Below are positions 9,865-18,806 of a DNA stretch of 55,597 bases, one piece after another. Each line of letters starts with the position of its first letter. Position 1 is the stretch's first letter. Both the position numbers and the translations under genes were made by a program. A model generated the notes under the pieces. That model saw nothing but the letters and a program-made list of their open reading frames with translations. It ran no database searches and was not told where the DNA came from. Source of the DNA: an uncultured Oscillospiraceae bacterium (GTDB taxonomy: Bacteria; Bacillota; Clostridia; Christensenellales; CAG-314); contig CAZDLE010000003.1 of NCBI GenBank assembly GCA_964506035.1, positions 1 through 55,597 on the forward strand, in the 5' to 3' direction.

Positions 9865-12600
9865 GTGACAATCACAAAACGTAACGTTTTTTTGATATTT
9901 TTAGTAGTGCTGTTTGTTGCGTGCTTGCTGTGTGCAACTTTTGTTAGCAGTGCGGAAACGTCGCAAAACGCCACGGACAAGTGTTTTGTGTACCTTTCCG
10001 GACTTTCCGCAGGCAACACCCGTTTTAACAACCCCGATGGCGCCGACTCGGCACCCATCAGCGCAAGTGCATTGTACCTATCGATGGATGCCAACCATTT
10101 GGACTACAAACCATTTGACGGTTGGAACAGTGCTTGGCTAAAACCTATATCTGCCGTAAAGTTGAACGGCGCAAACTTGAACGGTGCAAGACTTATCAAG
10201 TACGGCGCCAACGACTACTATCTTACCTTGTCAACGGATGCACAAAGGGGTAGCAAGTTGGTTATCGACGGCGTTTTCTACAACGATGCCAACAACAACG
10301 GCCAGTTGGATTCCTCCGAACAATCCGTGTGCATTTCCCCTGCGTTGTTTACCTACGACGGCGACGTTTGGAATCAAATTCGCCCCGATTTTACCCTTTT
10401 GTACGACGGCAAAGCGGTGCAAGATCTGTGCGTTTTGCCCAATACGGATATTTTGCGTGTAACGGCAAAGGCAAGTGGTGTTACTGCACAAGTAACTGTG
10501 CCACAATCCGCCCAAAGCAACGGCAAATTTGTGTTGCATGGCGAAAAAAGTGCAAACATTTGCCAACTTGCGCTAACTGCCACCTATCAAGGTGTAAAGT
10601 TCGAACAGTACGTTGATATAACTGTGGGTTACTCCACCTTCCAAATGAAAAAGGGCGCTTCTATTGCTCTGTTTGATGGTGGCGGATTGCGTTTTGGCGC
10701 AACAATTTCCGCAGACGAGTACACTTTACTAACAAATCAAGGCTACACCTTTGGTTGTGTTTTGGCAAAGCGTAGCGATTTTGATGCTTTATGTACAAAC
10801 GGTACTGCAACGTCGTCGCTGGCGACGTCAATCAGCGTTAAAACGGCAAATTGCGACGTTTCGACTGTTGGTTCAAACTACCAACTTACTGCCGATTTCA
10901 CGCCTATATCGTCTTCACAATTTACCACGCAGTTTGTGGGCGTTGTGTATGCAAAAAAAGGCAACGACTACGTTTTTGCAGATTTCTATCAAAACGATGT
11001 GCAAAACAACACACGTTCCTGCTACTACGTTGCACAGCTTTGTGGCGACACCAACGACAACGCAACCACTGCCGACAACTTGTACGTAAAGCCCGTTGGC
11101 AGCCTTGCTGCCGATTTGGTTGTTCGAACCATTGTGTATGGCAACGGAAAGCCTGTCGAATCGGTGTACAAAACAAGTCAGCATGTTGTGGGCACAACGG
11201 TAACTGTGGATGCTCCGCAACTATCCGCAACGCTAATTGGCGAACCGCAAGTGCAACAAAAGATTTATGCCAGTGGCAACCAAGTGGTGTTTGAGTACGT
11301 CGATCACAACGTTTCCTCCTTGGGTATTTCCGCATGGTTTTTGCCATACCTATCGGAAGAAAACAACTATCAAAACGACCACAACTATCAAATTGTTTCC
11401 GCAATGAAGCAGTCGGGGTTAAACACCGTTTTGCTTAACGGAGCATTTACCTCCAACATCACAAGCCCAGCCGACGTGGAACGAGCTCGTCAACTTATTG
11501 CATTGTTCGACAGCTACGGAATAAAATCCTACGTGGATGCCAAAAAGATGTATTTTGCATTGGGCTACTGTCCTGATTTTTCCGATTGCAGTGGTTTTGC
11601 AGGTATAATGCAATGGGACGAACCCACTGTGGAGGTTATCGACAGCGTATTGTCCGTTTATGCGCAACAGTTTGACGATCTTTACGGCCATAGTGCTACC
11701 TTTTTGTGTAACCTTTTCCCCAGTGAAGCATCGGAAGGTACATTTGGTCAAATTGACGGCAAAAATGCAACCTATTCGCAATATTTGGAACGTTACTGCA
11801 CAAGCGTACTTTCCCAAATTAGCGGTACAAAAATTTTGTCGGTAGATAGCTATCCCATCTACGCCGACTATTCTATAGACAAAAACTTCCTTACAAGTAT
11901 CGGTTTGCTAAAGTACTATGCAAATAAGTACAACGCAAAGGCTAACATTTGTTTGCAATCGTGCGGATGGAACGAGGGCAACGACCTTAAATCTCGTATG
12001 CCCAGCGAGGCGGAAATGCGCCTGCAAGCGTATGCTGCATTAGCTTTTGGTATGGATTCCATTTCGTGGTTTACCTATTCGCAATTTCAATCTGCGCAAA
12101 CGTCGCAGATGGTTCCCGTCGATTACCAAACAGGTGCAAAAAGTGATGGTTTCACATCCTTGAAAAAAGTCAACAACGAACTACTGGCATTTGCAGACGT
12201 GTATGCCGATTTCGATTGGCAAGGTGCAATATTCAAATTCGGCGTGCTTTCCAACGAAAAGAGTGGCTACACAAAACTTAACGAAACGGAGTTTAGCCAG
12301 TACGTCTTGGACGAAAGAGCTACTCAATTTAGCGATATTTCGGTAAATGGACTTACCAACAGTGTTATTGCGGGAGTCTTCCAAAGTAAAACTAATGCAA
12401 ATATGCAAGGTTACGCATTTTGCAACTACGCATCACTAAAAGACGGTGGAAAAACTGCAACGATTACGCTAAAAACCAACAAACCGCTAACGTTAACAAT
12501 TTATCGCAACGGCACAAGTCAAACGGTAAATGTAACAAATTCCTACGAGCTAACACTTCAAGCCGGTGTAGGATGTTTTGTTGCTTGTACGCAATCTTAA
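9865..12600 (+). CDS. 911-aa secreted or membrane-anchored protein: N-terminal beta-rich region, MucBP-like segment, C-terminal TIM-barrel-like putative glycoside hydrolase domain
   Basis: The start was moved to GTG 9865 behind the RBS AAAGGAG (9851-9857). The N-terminus TITKRNVFLIFLVVLFVACLLCATFVSSA is a signal or anchor sequence. The C-terminal half (GISAWFLPY...NTVLLNG...MQWDEP...SVDSYP...ISWFTYSQ) reads like a (beta/alpha)8 hydrolase, but the family was not identified. Confidence 0.45.
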   Translation: MTITKRNVFLIFLVVLFVACLLCATFVSSAETSQNATDKCFVYLSGLSAGNTRFNNPDGADSAPISASALYLSMDANHLDYKPFDGWNSAWLKPISAVKLNGANLNGARLIKYGANDYYLTLSTDAQRGSKLVIDGVFYNDANNNGQLDSSEQSVCISPALFTYDGDVWNQIRPDFTLLYDGKAVQDLCVLPNTDILRVTAKASGVTAQVTVPQSAQSNGKFVLHGEKSANICQLALTATYQGVKFEQYVDITVGYSTFQMKKGASIALFDGGGLRFGATISADEYTLLTNQGYTFGCVLAKRSDFDALCTNGTATSSLATSISVKTANCDVSTVGSNYQLTADFTPISSSQFTTQFVGVVYAKKGNDYVFADFYQNDVQNNTRSCYYVAQLCGDTNDNATTADNLYVKPVGSLAADLVVRTIVYGNGKPVESVYKTSQHVVGTTVTVDAPQLSATLIGEPQVQQKIYASGNQVVFEYVDHNVSSLGISAWFLPYLSEENNYQNDHNYQIVSAMKQSGLNTVLLNGAFTSNITSPADVERARQLIALFDSYGIKSYVDAKKMYFALGYCPDFSDCSGFAGIMQWDEPTVEVIDSVLSVYAQQFDDLYGHSATFLCNLFPSEASEGTFGQIDGKNATYSQYLERYCTSVLSQISGTKILSVDSYPIYADYSIDKNFLTSIGLLKYYANKYNAKANICLQSCGWNEGNDLKSRMPSEAEMRLQAYAALAFGMDSISWFTYSQFQSAQTSQMVPVDYQTGAKSDGFTSLKKVNNELLAFADVYADFDWQGAIFKFGVLSNEKSGYTKLNETEFSQYVLDERATQFSDISVNGLTNSVIAGVFQSKTNANMQGYAFCNYASLKDGGKTATITLKTNKPLTLTIYRNGTSQTVNVTNSYELTLQAGVGCFVACTQS

Positions 12601-12625
12601 TTTGCGGTAATCAAAGGTAAACACT

Positions 12626-13570
12626 ATGACTAAACTTTCTAACCACAAAAAAGTTTTATCAAACAAAAGAATTTGCGCGAGTTTTGTTTTAATTGCGTTA
12701 TTTTCCATTTGCTGTGTTTTATTGTGCAGTTGCGCCCTAAACAAAACCTTTACCGTAACGTTTATTCAGGGCGACAAAAAGTCTGTACGCGTTGTAAACA
12801 AAGGTCAAAACGTAACCAATTTGCCATTTTTGGATCAAAAACGTGGTTACACGGTAACTTGGGACAAAACCAACCTTATGAACGTTCAAAACAACGTAAC
12901 GGTGTACCCCATTGAAACACCAAACACCTACACAATCACCTATTATTTGGGAGACGTTACTTCTGCTCAAATCACGGCATACACCCAACAAGTAACTTTT
13001 GATAGCGAATTTTTGCTATATACGCCTATCGCAAACGGCTACACCTTCGAAAAGTGGGTAATCGAGGGTACTAACGACCAGTTTACCAGCGGGGTTTATA
13101 CCCTTGATGCCGACGTAGAGCTTGTTGCCGTTTGGAAAATAATCTCACAGCCGTGCACGGTAACATTTGTTCAAGGTGAAAAAGTAACGACAATAACGGT
13201 AAACAAGGGTGATTCTGTCACAGACTTGCCTGCGCTTCAGCCCAAGCCCGGCTACACAGTAACGTGGGACAAAACCGATTTGTCTAACGTGCAAACCGAC
13301 CTAACTGTGCACGCAATCGAAACAGCAAATACCTACACAATCACCTATTATTTGGGAGATGTTACTTCTGCTCAAATCACCTCATCCACACAAAAAGTGA
13401 CCTTTGACAAAACATTTTCGCTTTACAAACCATCCGCGACGGGTTATACTTTTGTAAAGTGGGTAATTAGGGGAACTGAAAACGAATTTATAAGCGGAAC
13501 CTACACACTTGATACCGACCTTCAACTTGTTGCCGTTTGGCAAAAACTTGATTGGAGCGACTTTCATTGA
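12626..13570 (+). CDS. Lipoprotein made of four Listeria-Bacteroides (Flg_new) repeats arranged as a 2 x 135-aa tandem duplication
   Basis: The lipobox is VLLCSC. Repeats end with the typical ...GYTFEKWVIEGTNDQFTSGVYTLDADVELVAVW and ...GYTFVKWVIRGTENEFISGTYTLDTDLQLVAVW. Confidence 0.7.
   Translation: MTKLSNHKKVLSNKRICASFVLIALFSICCVLLCSCALNKTFTVTFIQGDKKSVRVVNKGQNVTNLPFLDQKRGYTVTWDKTNLMNVQNNVTVYPIETPNTYTITYYLGDVTSAQITAYTQQVTFDSEFLLYTPIANGYTFEKWVIEGTNDQFTSGVYTLDADVELVAVWKIISQPCTVTFVQGEKVTTITVNKGDSVTDLPALQPKPGYTVTWDKTDLSNVQTDLTVHAIETANTYTITYYLGDVTSAQITSSTQKVTFDKTFSLYKPSATGYTFVKWVIRGTENEFISGTYTLDTDLQLVAVWQKLDWSDFH
12746..13555 (+). repeat. Tandem 405-nt duplication (12746-13150 and 13151-13555)
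   Basis: The units align residue for residue. A 50-nt core matches at 49 of 50 positions (12926-12975 versus 13331-13380), while the flanks are clearly diverged. Confidence 0.85.
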
Positions 13571-13763
13571 TATTTGAACTTGCATCATCTTGCATCGTTT
13601 TTTGTGAATGAGGTATTTTCATTTGTAATAACGTGGTGCAAGTATACTTTACAGTAATAGTGTAAGTGTGCTTCAATCAATAACAACAAAATAGGCAATT
13701 TTTATGGTGGTCATTCTTTGCGATATCAAAAATTCTTAAAAAGTATTTTACGGGAAGTAGTTT

Positions 13764-14420
13764 ATGAAAAAGCAAAATCAGCTTACTATAAATTTTCTTG
13801 GCGATAGCATCACAGAAGGTGTTGGGGCAACAGCACCCCAGCTTTGCTACGTTGAGCGCGTTGGCGCAAAACTTGGTTGCAAAGTGAACAACTACGGCAT
13901 TTGCGGAACACGAATTGCGCCCCGACATCAACCTTCCGATTGCGCATCATTTGACGAATATTTTTTGCAACGAGCGCTTAAAATGCCCGATGCCGATTTG
14001 GTTTTTGTGTTTGGTGGAACCAACGATTTTGGCCACGGTGACGCCGATTTTGGCACGCTAATGGACGAATCTACCGACTCTTTTTGCGGAGCATTTACAC
14101 ATCTTGCCAATTATCTAACAAACAGATATGGCAAATCTAAACTTTGCTATATTTTGCCACTTCATCGTTTCAACGAAGATAGTCCTTTGGGCGATGGCAG
14201 TCGAAAAACACTCACCGTATCGCTAAAGGAATATGTCAGTGCAGAACGTGCAATTTTGCAACAACTTGGCATTGCGTTTTTGGATTTGGCAGATATTTTC
14301 CCCCAGCCTGAAGTTTGCACGCCTACGGAACTTTTCCAAGACGGTTTGCATCCTACCAACAAAGGACACGAACTTATCGCCGAACAAATTTGCGACTACG
14401 TCCGTTCGATAATGCGTTAA
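13764..14420 (+). CDS. SGNH/GDSL-family esterase (cytoplasmic)
   Basis: Block I is FLGDSITEG, block III is GGTNDF and block V is DGLHPT. The protein is 218 aa with no signal peptide. Confidence 0.75.
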   Translation: MKKQNQLTINFLGDSITEGVGATAPQLCYVERVGAKLGCKVNNYGICGTRIAPRHQPSDCASFDEYFLQRALKMPDADLVFVFGGTNDFGHGDADFGTLMDESTDSFCGAFTHLANYLTNRYGKSKLCYILPLHRFNEDSPLGDGSRKTLTVSLKEYVSAERAILQQLGIAFLDLADIFPQPEVCTPTELFQDGLHPTNKGHELIAEQICDYVRSIMR

Positions 14421-14473
14421 TTAAAAATATGTCCGTTGATTGTGGGTTTGTATGCATAAACACAAAATTTACC

Positions 14474-14573
14474 TCAAAATCTAACGTTCGATAATGTTTT
14501 AGTTATCAAATAATGCAAAATTATCGTAGAGTTTTTCAAGTGAATCACAATATTCACATCAAAACCTAACGTT
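14474..14573 (+). promoter_or_regulatory. Direct repeat TCAAAAYCTAACGTT (14474-14488 and 14559-14573) upstream of GH78, plus an inverted repeat GTGAAT-N6-ATTCAC (14540-14557)
   Basis: Read directly from the sequence. The two 15-mers differ at one position and lie 85 nt apart, 36-135 nt upstream of the GH78 start. A regulatory function is inferred only. Confidence 0.3.
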
Positions 14574-14608
14574 AAAATATTTTACTGCCAAAATCGGAGA
14601 CCATTCGT

Positions 14609-16819
14609 ATGATTTTTATTTCACACGGAACTAAATATAATTCTATCGAACAACACGTCAATGCACCTTTGTTCAAAAAAGTGTTCGATAGTAACTCAAG
14701 TAGTGCAACACTCAACATAACTGTTATTGGATTGTACAAGCTGTACCTAAACGGAAAATTGCTCAATCGCAGTTTTTTTGCGCCGTACATGAGCAATCCC
14801 GATCATAACGTGTTTACAGATACCTACAATTTGCAAGATCTAAAACCTCACGACAACGTTTTGTGTGTGTTGTTGGGCAACGGATTTGCTTGCGCGGATG
14901 ATGCCGACGTTTGGCTAAACACTTCCGCGCCTTATCGTGGTGCCCCCAAGTTTGCGCTTACAATTTCCAATGGTGACAACGTTATTTTGCAATCGGACGA
15001 AAGCATCTACGTTACAAATAGTCCAATCACCTACGACGATTTTCGTTGTGGAGAACGCTATGATGCAAGATTGGAAATTGAAAACGTCTTAACCGACACT
15101 TCCGTAGCCGGATTCGAACGCGCAACAATCGCACAAGCCCCCAAAGGCTTAATTTTGAACAACAAGGCGCAACCAATTGTTGCAGGTAAACCACGCCAAG
15201 CGTCAGCTATTTTTCAAAACGACGTCGGCTACGTTTACGAATTTGAAGTAAACGACACGGGCGTTTACCAACTTACGCTAAACGGTACAAGCGGGCAGCA
15301 AATTGATATGACATTTGGCGAGTTGCTCTGTGGCAATCGTGTTGATATGCGCAACATTTCTTTCGAACAATGGCAAAAAGGCTACGTTCAGCACGACGTA
15401 TATATATGCAAGGACGGCGAACAGAGTTATACGCCCAGTTTTACTTGGCACGGTTTTCGCTACTGCGAAGTGGTTGGTCTCACGGCCGAACAAGCAACGT
15501 TTGATGCATTGACTTTTATTCCCACTCACAGCGATTTACCATCTGTTAGCACCTTCCAATGCAACGACAGCGTTATTAACAAACTCGTCGAAATAACTCT
15601 TCGTAGCGATTTGAGTAACTTTGTTTTCTATCCATACGACTGTCCTCACCGCGAAAAAAACGGTTGGACCGCCGATGCGTTGCTTTCGTGCGAGCAAACT
15701 TTGTACAGTTTTGATGCCTTTGATAGCTACAGACAATGGCTAACTCTTGTTAGAACCGCTCAACGCAGTGATGGTGCATTGCCGGGAATCGTTCCAACGG
15801 CAGGTTGGGGGTTTGACTGGGGCAACGGTCCCGCATGGGATGGCGCACTTGTGGAAGTTCCCTATCAGCTCTATCGTTTCTATGGTAACGAGCAGATTAT
15901 TGTGGAAAACGCTCAAGCCATCAACAAATATTTCCGTTACATAACAAGCCGACTTAACGATTGTGGTCTGGTGGAAATCGGTCTTGGCGATTGGTGTCAA
16001 ACCTACACCGACGATCCCGGTCACTACGAAACGCCTTTGGAAATTACCGATAGTTTGGTAATGCTGGATTTGTCTAACAAGGCAATGGAAATGTTTCAAA
16101 CGGTTGGTATCGACACTCAATATATTGCCGAATTTAGACGTAACTTGTTGCAAAACTTTCGCAAAAAGTACGTAAAAGATAACACTTTAGCCGTTCAAAC
16201 ACAAACCGCATTGGCAATGAGTATTCATCTTGGCGTATTCGAAGACGATACCAAAGCCTTTGCCGATCTTTTGGCAAACATCCATGCGCAAAAGGATCAT
16301 TTTCGTGTTGGTGTGGTGGGTTACAGACATTTGTTTGCCACACTTACCGATCACGACATGCACGATTTGTGCTACAAGCTTATCACACAAGACAGTTTCC
16401 CAAGTTACGGATATTTTATTCACCTTGGCGCAAGCACTTTGTGGGAAGTTTTCGACGATTTGTATCGTGACGAAAATGGCAAAATTCTTCGCAAGGACGG
16501 TATGAAGCTTATTTCTTCCTACAATCACCACTTCTGGGGCGGTGTTTTAGCTTGGGTTTACAAGTGCATTGGTTGGATTGACGTTGTTTCGGCAAACAAA
16601 ATTGTTGTTCGTCCGGTTATAATGGACGGAGTGCACCGATCCAGCATGACCTATTCTCGCAACGGCAAGAGTATTTTCGTAAGCTGGAAACTTGTTGGCA
16701 ACCAAATTGTTTTGGATGTTCAAAACGACGGATTTGATTGCGAATTGCGCCTAAAAGACGAAACAAAACTCATTGTCGATACCACTTCTTTCCAATTTGA
16801 CGTTAGTTGCATAAAATAA
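14609..16819 (+). CDS. GH78 alpha-L-rhamnosidase (cytoplasmic)
   Basis: The motif YPYDCPHREKNGWTADA is typical of the GH78 catalytic (alpha/alpha)6 domain. The protein is 736 aa, has no signal peptide, and is paralogous to 26886-29228. Confidence 0.8.
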   Translation: MIFISHGTKYNSIEQHVNAPLFKKVFDSNSSSATLNITVIGLYKLYLNGKLLNRSFFAPYMSNPDHNVFTDTYNLQDLKPHDNVLCVLLGNGFACADDADVWLNTSAPYRGAPKFALTISNGDNVILQSDESIYVTNSPITYDDFRCGERYDARLEIENVLTDTSVAGFERATIAQAPKGLILNNKAQPIVAGKPRQASAIFQNDVGYVYEFEVNDTGVYQLTLNGTSGQQIDMTFGELLCGNRVDMRNISFEQWQKGYVQHDVYICKDGEQSYTPSFTWHGFRYCEVVGLTAEQATFDALTFIPTHSDLPSVSTFQCNDSVINKLVEITLRSDLSNFVFYPYDCPHREKNGWTADALLSCEQTLYSFDAFDSYRQWLTLVRTAQRSDGALPGIVPTAGWGFDWGNGPAWDGALVEVPYQLYRFYGNEQIIVENAQAINKYFRYITSRLNDCGLVEIGLGDWCQTYTDDPGHYETPLEITDSLVMLDLSNKAMEMFQTVGIDTQYIAEFRRNLLQNFRKKYVKDNTLAVQTQTALAMSIHLGVFEDDTKAFADLLANIHAQKDHFRVGVVGYRHLFATLTDHDMHDLCYKLITQDSFPSYGYFIHLGASTLWEVFDDLYRDENGKILRKDGMKLISSYNHHFWGGVLAWVYKCIGWIDVVSANKIVVRPVIMDGVHRSSMTYSRNGKSIFVSWKLVGNQIVLDVQNDGFDCELRLKDETKLIVDTTSFQFDVSCIK

Positions 16820-17035
16820 GCAACGCACAAAAGTAAATGCCGTCGCATTACTAAGACAATTTTGATAGTATTGACGATACCAGTCAAGTTGGGAGCGCGT
16901 AACTCAAGTAGTGCGAGCAAACATCAAACAAAATAACGTGCGATATATCACGTTTTGCAATAATTAAAAATAATCACTTTTTCTGCCAAAATGTTGTAAT
17001 TTCGAAACAAAAATCGGCAGATGCACTAAAAGACT

Positions 17036-17773
17036 ATGCCACAAATAGATATCGAAAATCTTACAGTTGAATATGCCAACGGAAAGGACAAGGTTGTCGC
17101 CTTGGACGATCTTTCGGTAACCCTTCTTTCCAACGCGTTCAACGTTATTGTGGGCTATTCCGGTAGTGGCAAAACCACCCTGCTACGCACAATAGCAGGG
17201 CAACTTTCCTATAACGGCACAATATGTTTTGACGGTGTAAACGTAACTTCCCTTTCCGTGCAAAAGCGCAACTTGGCTTTTGTTTCGCAACAATTTCTGT
17301 TGTACGCAAATAAAACCATTTTCGATAACATTGCTTTCCCGCTAAAGGTGCAAAATTTGCCCAAAACGCAAATTATAGACACCGTGCGCAACGTTGCTAA
17401 CCAATTAGATTTGGTCGCTTGCTTAACACGCAAGCCCAAACACCTTAGCGGTGGACAGCAACAGCGTGTAGCATTGGCAAAAGCACTTGTAAAACAACCT
17501 TCGATATGCTTGTTGGACGAACCTTTTTCCAACGTCGATCCAACGCAACGTTTTCGTTCTCGTGTGCTTGTAAAACAAGCGCTATCGGCATGTAACTGCA
17601 CGTCGGTGTATGTCACTCACGATTTGACCGAAGCTATGGCAATGGCAGATAGACTTATCGTGATGAACAACGGAAAAGTGGTGGCATGTGGTGCACCTTT
17701 GGACGTCTATAACAGCGGAAATCCCATTGTGGAATCACTCAAACAAGGCTCAATGGTCACAAAAAACGACTAA
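17036..17773 (+). CDS. ABC transporter ATP-binding protein of the MalK/MsmX-like sugar-importer class, lacking the C-terminal regulatory domain
   Basis: Walker A is GYSGSGKTT, the Q-loop is VSQQF, the signature is LSGGQQQRVALAKAL, Walker B is ICLLDEPFSNVD and the H-loop is VTHD. It is only 245 aa, against about 365 aa for MsmX/MalK. Confidence 0.75.
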   Translation: MPQIDIENLTVEYANGKDKVVALDDLSVTLLSNAFNVIVGYSGSGKTTLLRTIAGQLSYNGTICFDGVNVTSLSVQKRNLAFVSQQFLLYANKTIFDNIAFPLKVQNLPKTQIIDTVRNVANQLDLVACLTRKPKHLSGGQQQRVALAKALVKQPSICLLDEPFSNVDPTQRFRSRVLVKQALSACNCTSVYVTHDLTEAMAMADRLIVMNNGKVVACGAPLDVYNSGNPIVESLKQGSMVTKND

Positions 17774-17840
17774 CGTATTGCAAATTTGCGACAAACAGCC
17801 TTTCTTACAAACAAAACACCCAGTTTTATGCAGACTGTTT

Positions 17841-17880
17841 TGCGATAAACAGAATATCTCATTTGTCGCAGATTATTTTC
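17841..17880 (+). terminator. Hairpin TGCGATAAA-N12-TTTGTCGCA followed by GATTATTTTC, between the ATPase and the 6-TM gene
   Basis: The stem is 9 bp with one G-U pair and is followed by a U-rich tail. An upstream copy, TGCGACAAA (17787-17795), could pair with the same 3' arm. Confidence 0.35.
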
Positions 17881-17930
17881 TAACAGACAAAAAATTATAA
17901 ATTATTTAGCATCTTTACTAACATACGGTT

Positions 17931-18788
17931 ATGAAAAAATCCAAAAAATCACAACAAGATTTTACTTTCGCGCAACTTCCGCACAATCGAACGGAAGTGT
18001 TTATCGATTGCTACAAAATGCGCTGGGGTACAATTTTGGGTATAGGTTTGATTGTTTTGCTGTTTTGTTTGCCTCTTTTGTGTGCCGAAATTTTTACCGA
18101 TATCGTTGGTATCAGCATTTACGATCGTATGCTAAAGGCGGAACTTACCGAGACGGAAGCCATTGCTTCGCTAAACTCTCTGCGAGTGCTTGTTGCTCTT
18201 GTGGATATTCCTTGTTGGGCATGTTTGGCGATAGGGCTTGCCGGTGTTACGCGTATAATTCGTCAACTTGCTTGGGGGGAACCGATATTTTTCTTTAGTG
18301 ATCTCAAGCAAGGCATAAAGGATAGTTCTTGGCGTTTTGTTGCAATATTCGCCATTTGCGCATTGCTAAATTTTGTGCGTGAATTTTGTCAGCGTTGGCT
18401 AACAGATATATCCATTTTGGCATTTTCACCCCTTGTTTTGTTGGTATTTGTTGTATTGCCTGTGGCGCTATGGATGTTATCGCAATCAACAATATACAGG
18501 GTAGGGTTCGGCAAAGCTTTCTCTAATGGGGTTGCTTTTTACGGTAAAACAATTTTACAAACGTTAGCGACGGTTGTTGTGGCGTGCCTAATGTGGTTTG
18601 TTACGCTAATTTCCGCTATCATTGTAAAGTACGTTGTTTTTGCACTAGTTATAGTCTTGCTTGTGCCAGCGTACCTGATCTTTTGGTTTTTGTTTAGTAG
18701 TAGCGTTTTCGATCAATACATCAACAAAACTCAATTTCCCGATTTTTACGACAAGGGTGTGTATCGTTTAGATACTCCCGTAAAATAA
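17931..18788 (+). CDS. Integral membrane protein with about six TM helices (YesL/DUF624-like?)
   Basis: Six hydrophobic segments follow a basic N-terminus (MKKSKKSQQ). The resemblance to DUF624 proteins of Firmicute sugar loci is from memory and weak. Confidence 0.4.
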   Translation: MKKSKKSQQDFTFAQLPHNRTEVFIDCYKMRWGTILGIGLIVLLFCLPLLCAEIFTDIVGISIYDRMLKAELTETEAIASLNSLRVLVALVDIPCWACLAIGLAGVTRIIRQLAWGEPIFFFSDLKQGIKDSSWRFVAIFAICALLNFVREFCQRWLTDISILAFSPLVLLVFVVLPVALWMLSQSTIYRVGFGKAFSNGVAFYGKTILQTLATVVVACLMWFVTLISAIIVKYVVFALVIVLLVPAYLIFWFLFSSSVFDQYINKTQFPDFYDKGVYRLDTPVK

Positions 18789-18806
18789 CTCGTTAGGAGC
18801 CAAATC

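Noticed and set aside
14691-16914. A 16-nt exact direct repeat, GTAACTCAAGTAGTGC (14691-14706 and 16899-16914), roughly bracketing the first GH78 gene
   Set aside because: One such 16-mer match is close to the chance expectation for a 55-kb window. The first copy lies inside the coding sequence. There is no other sign of insertion or mobility.
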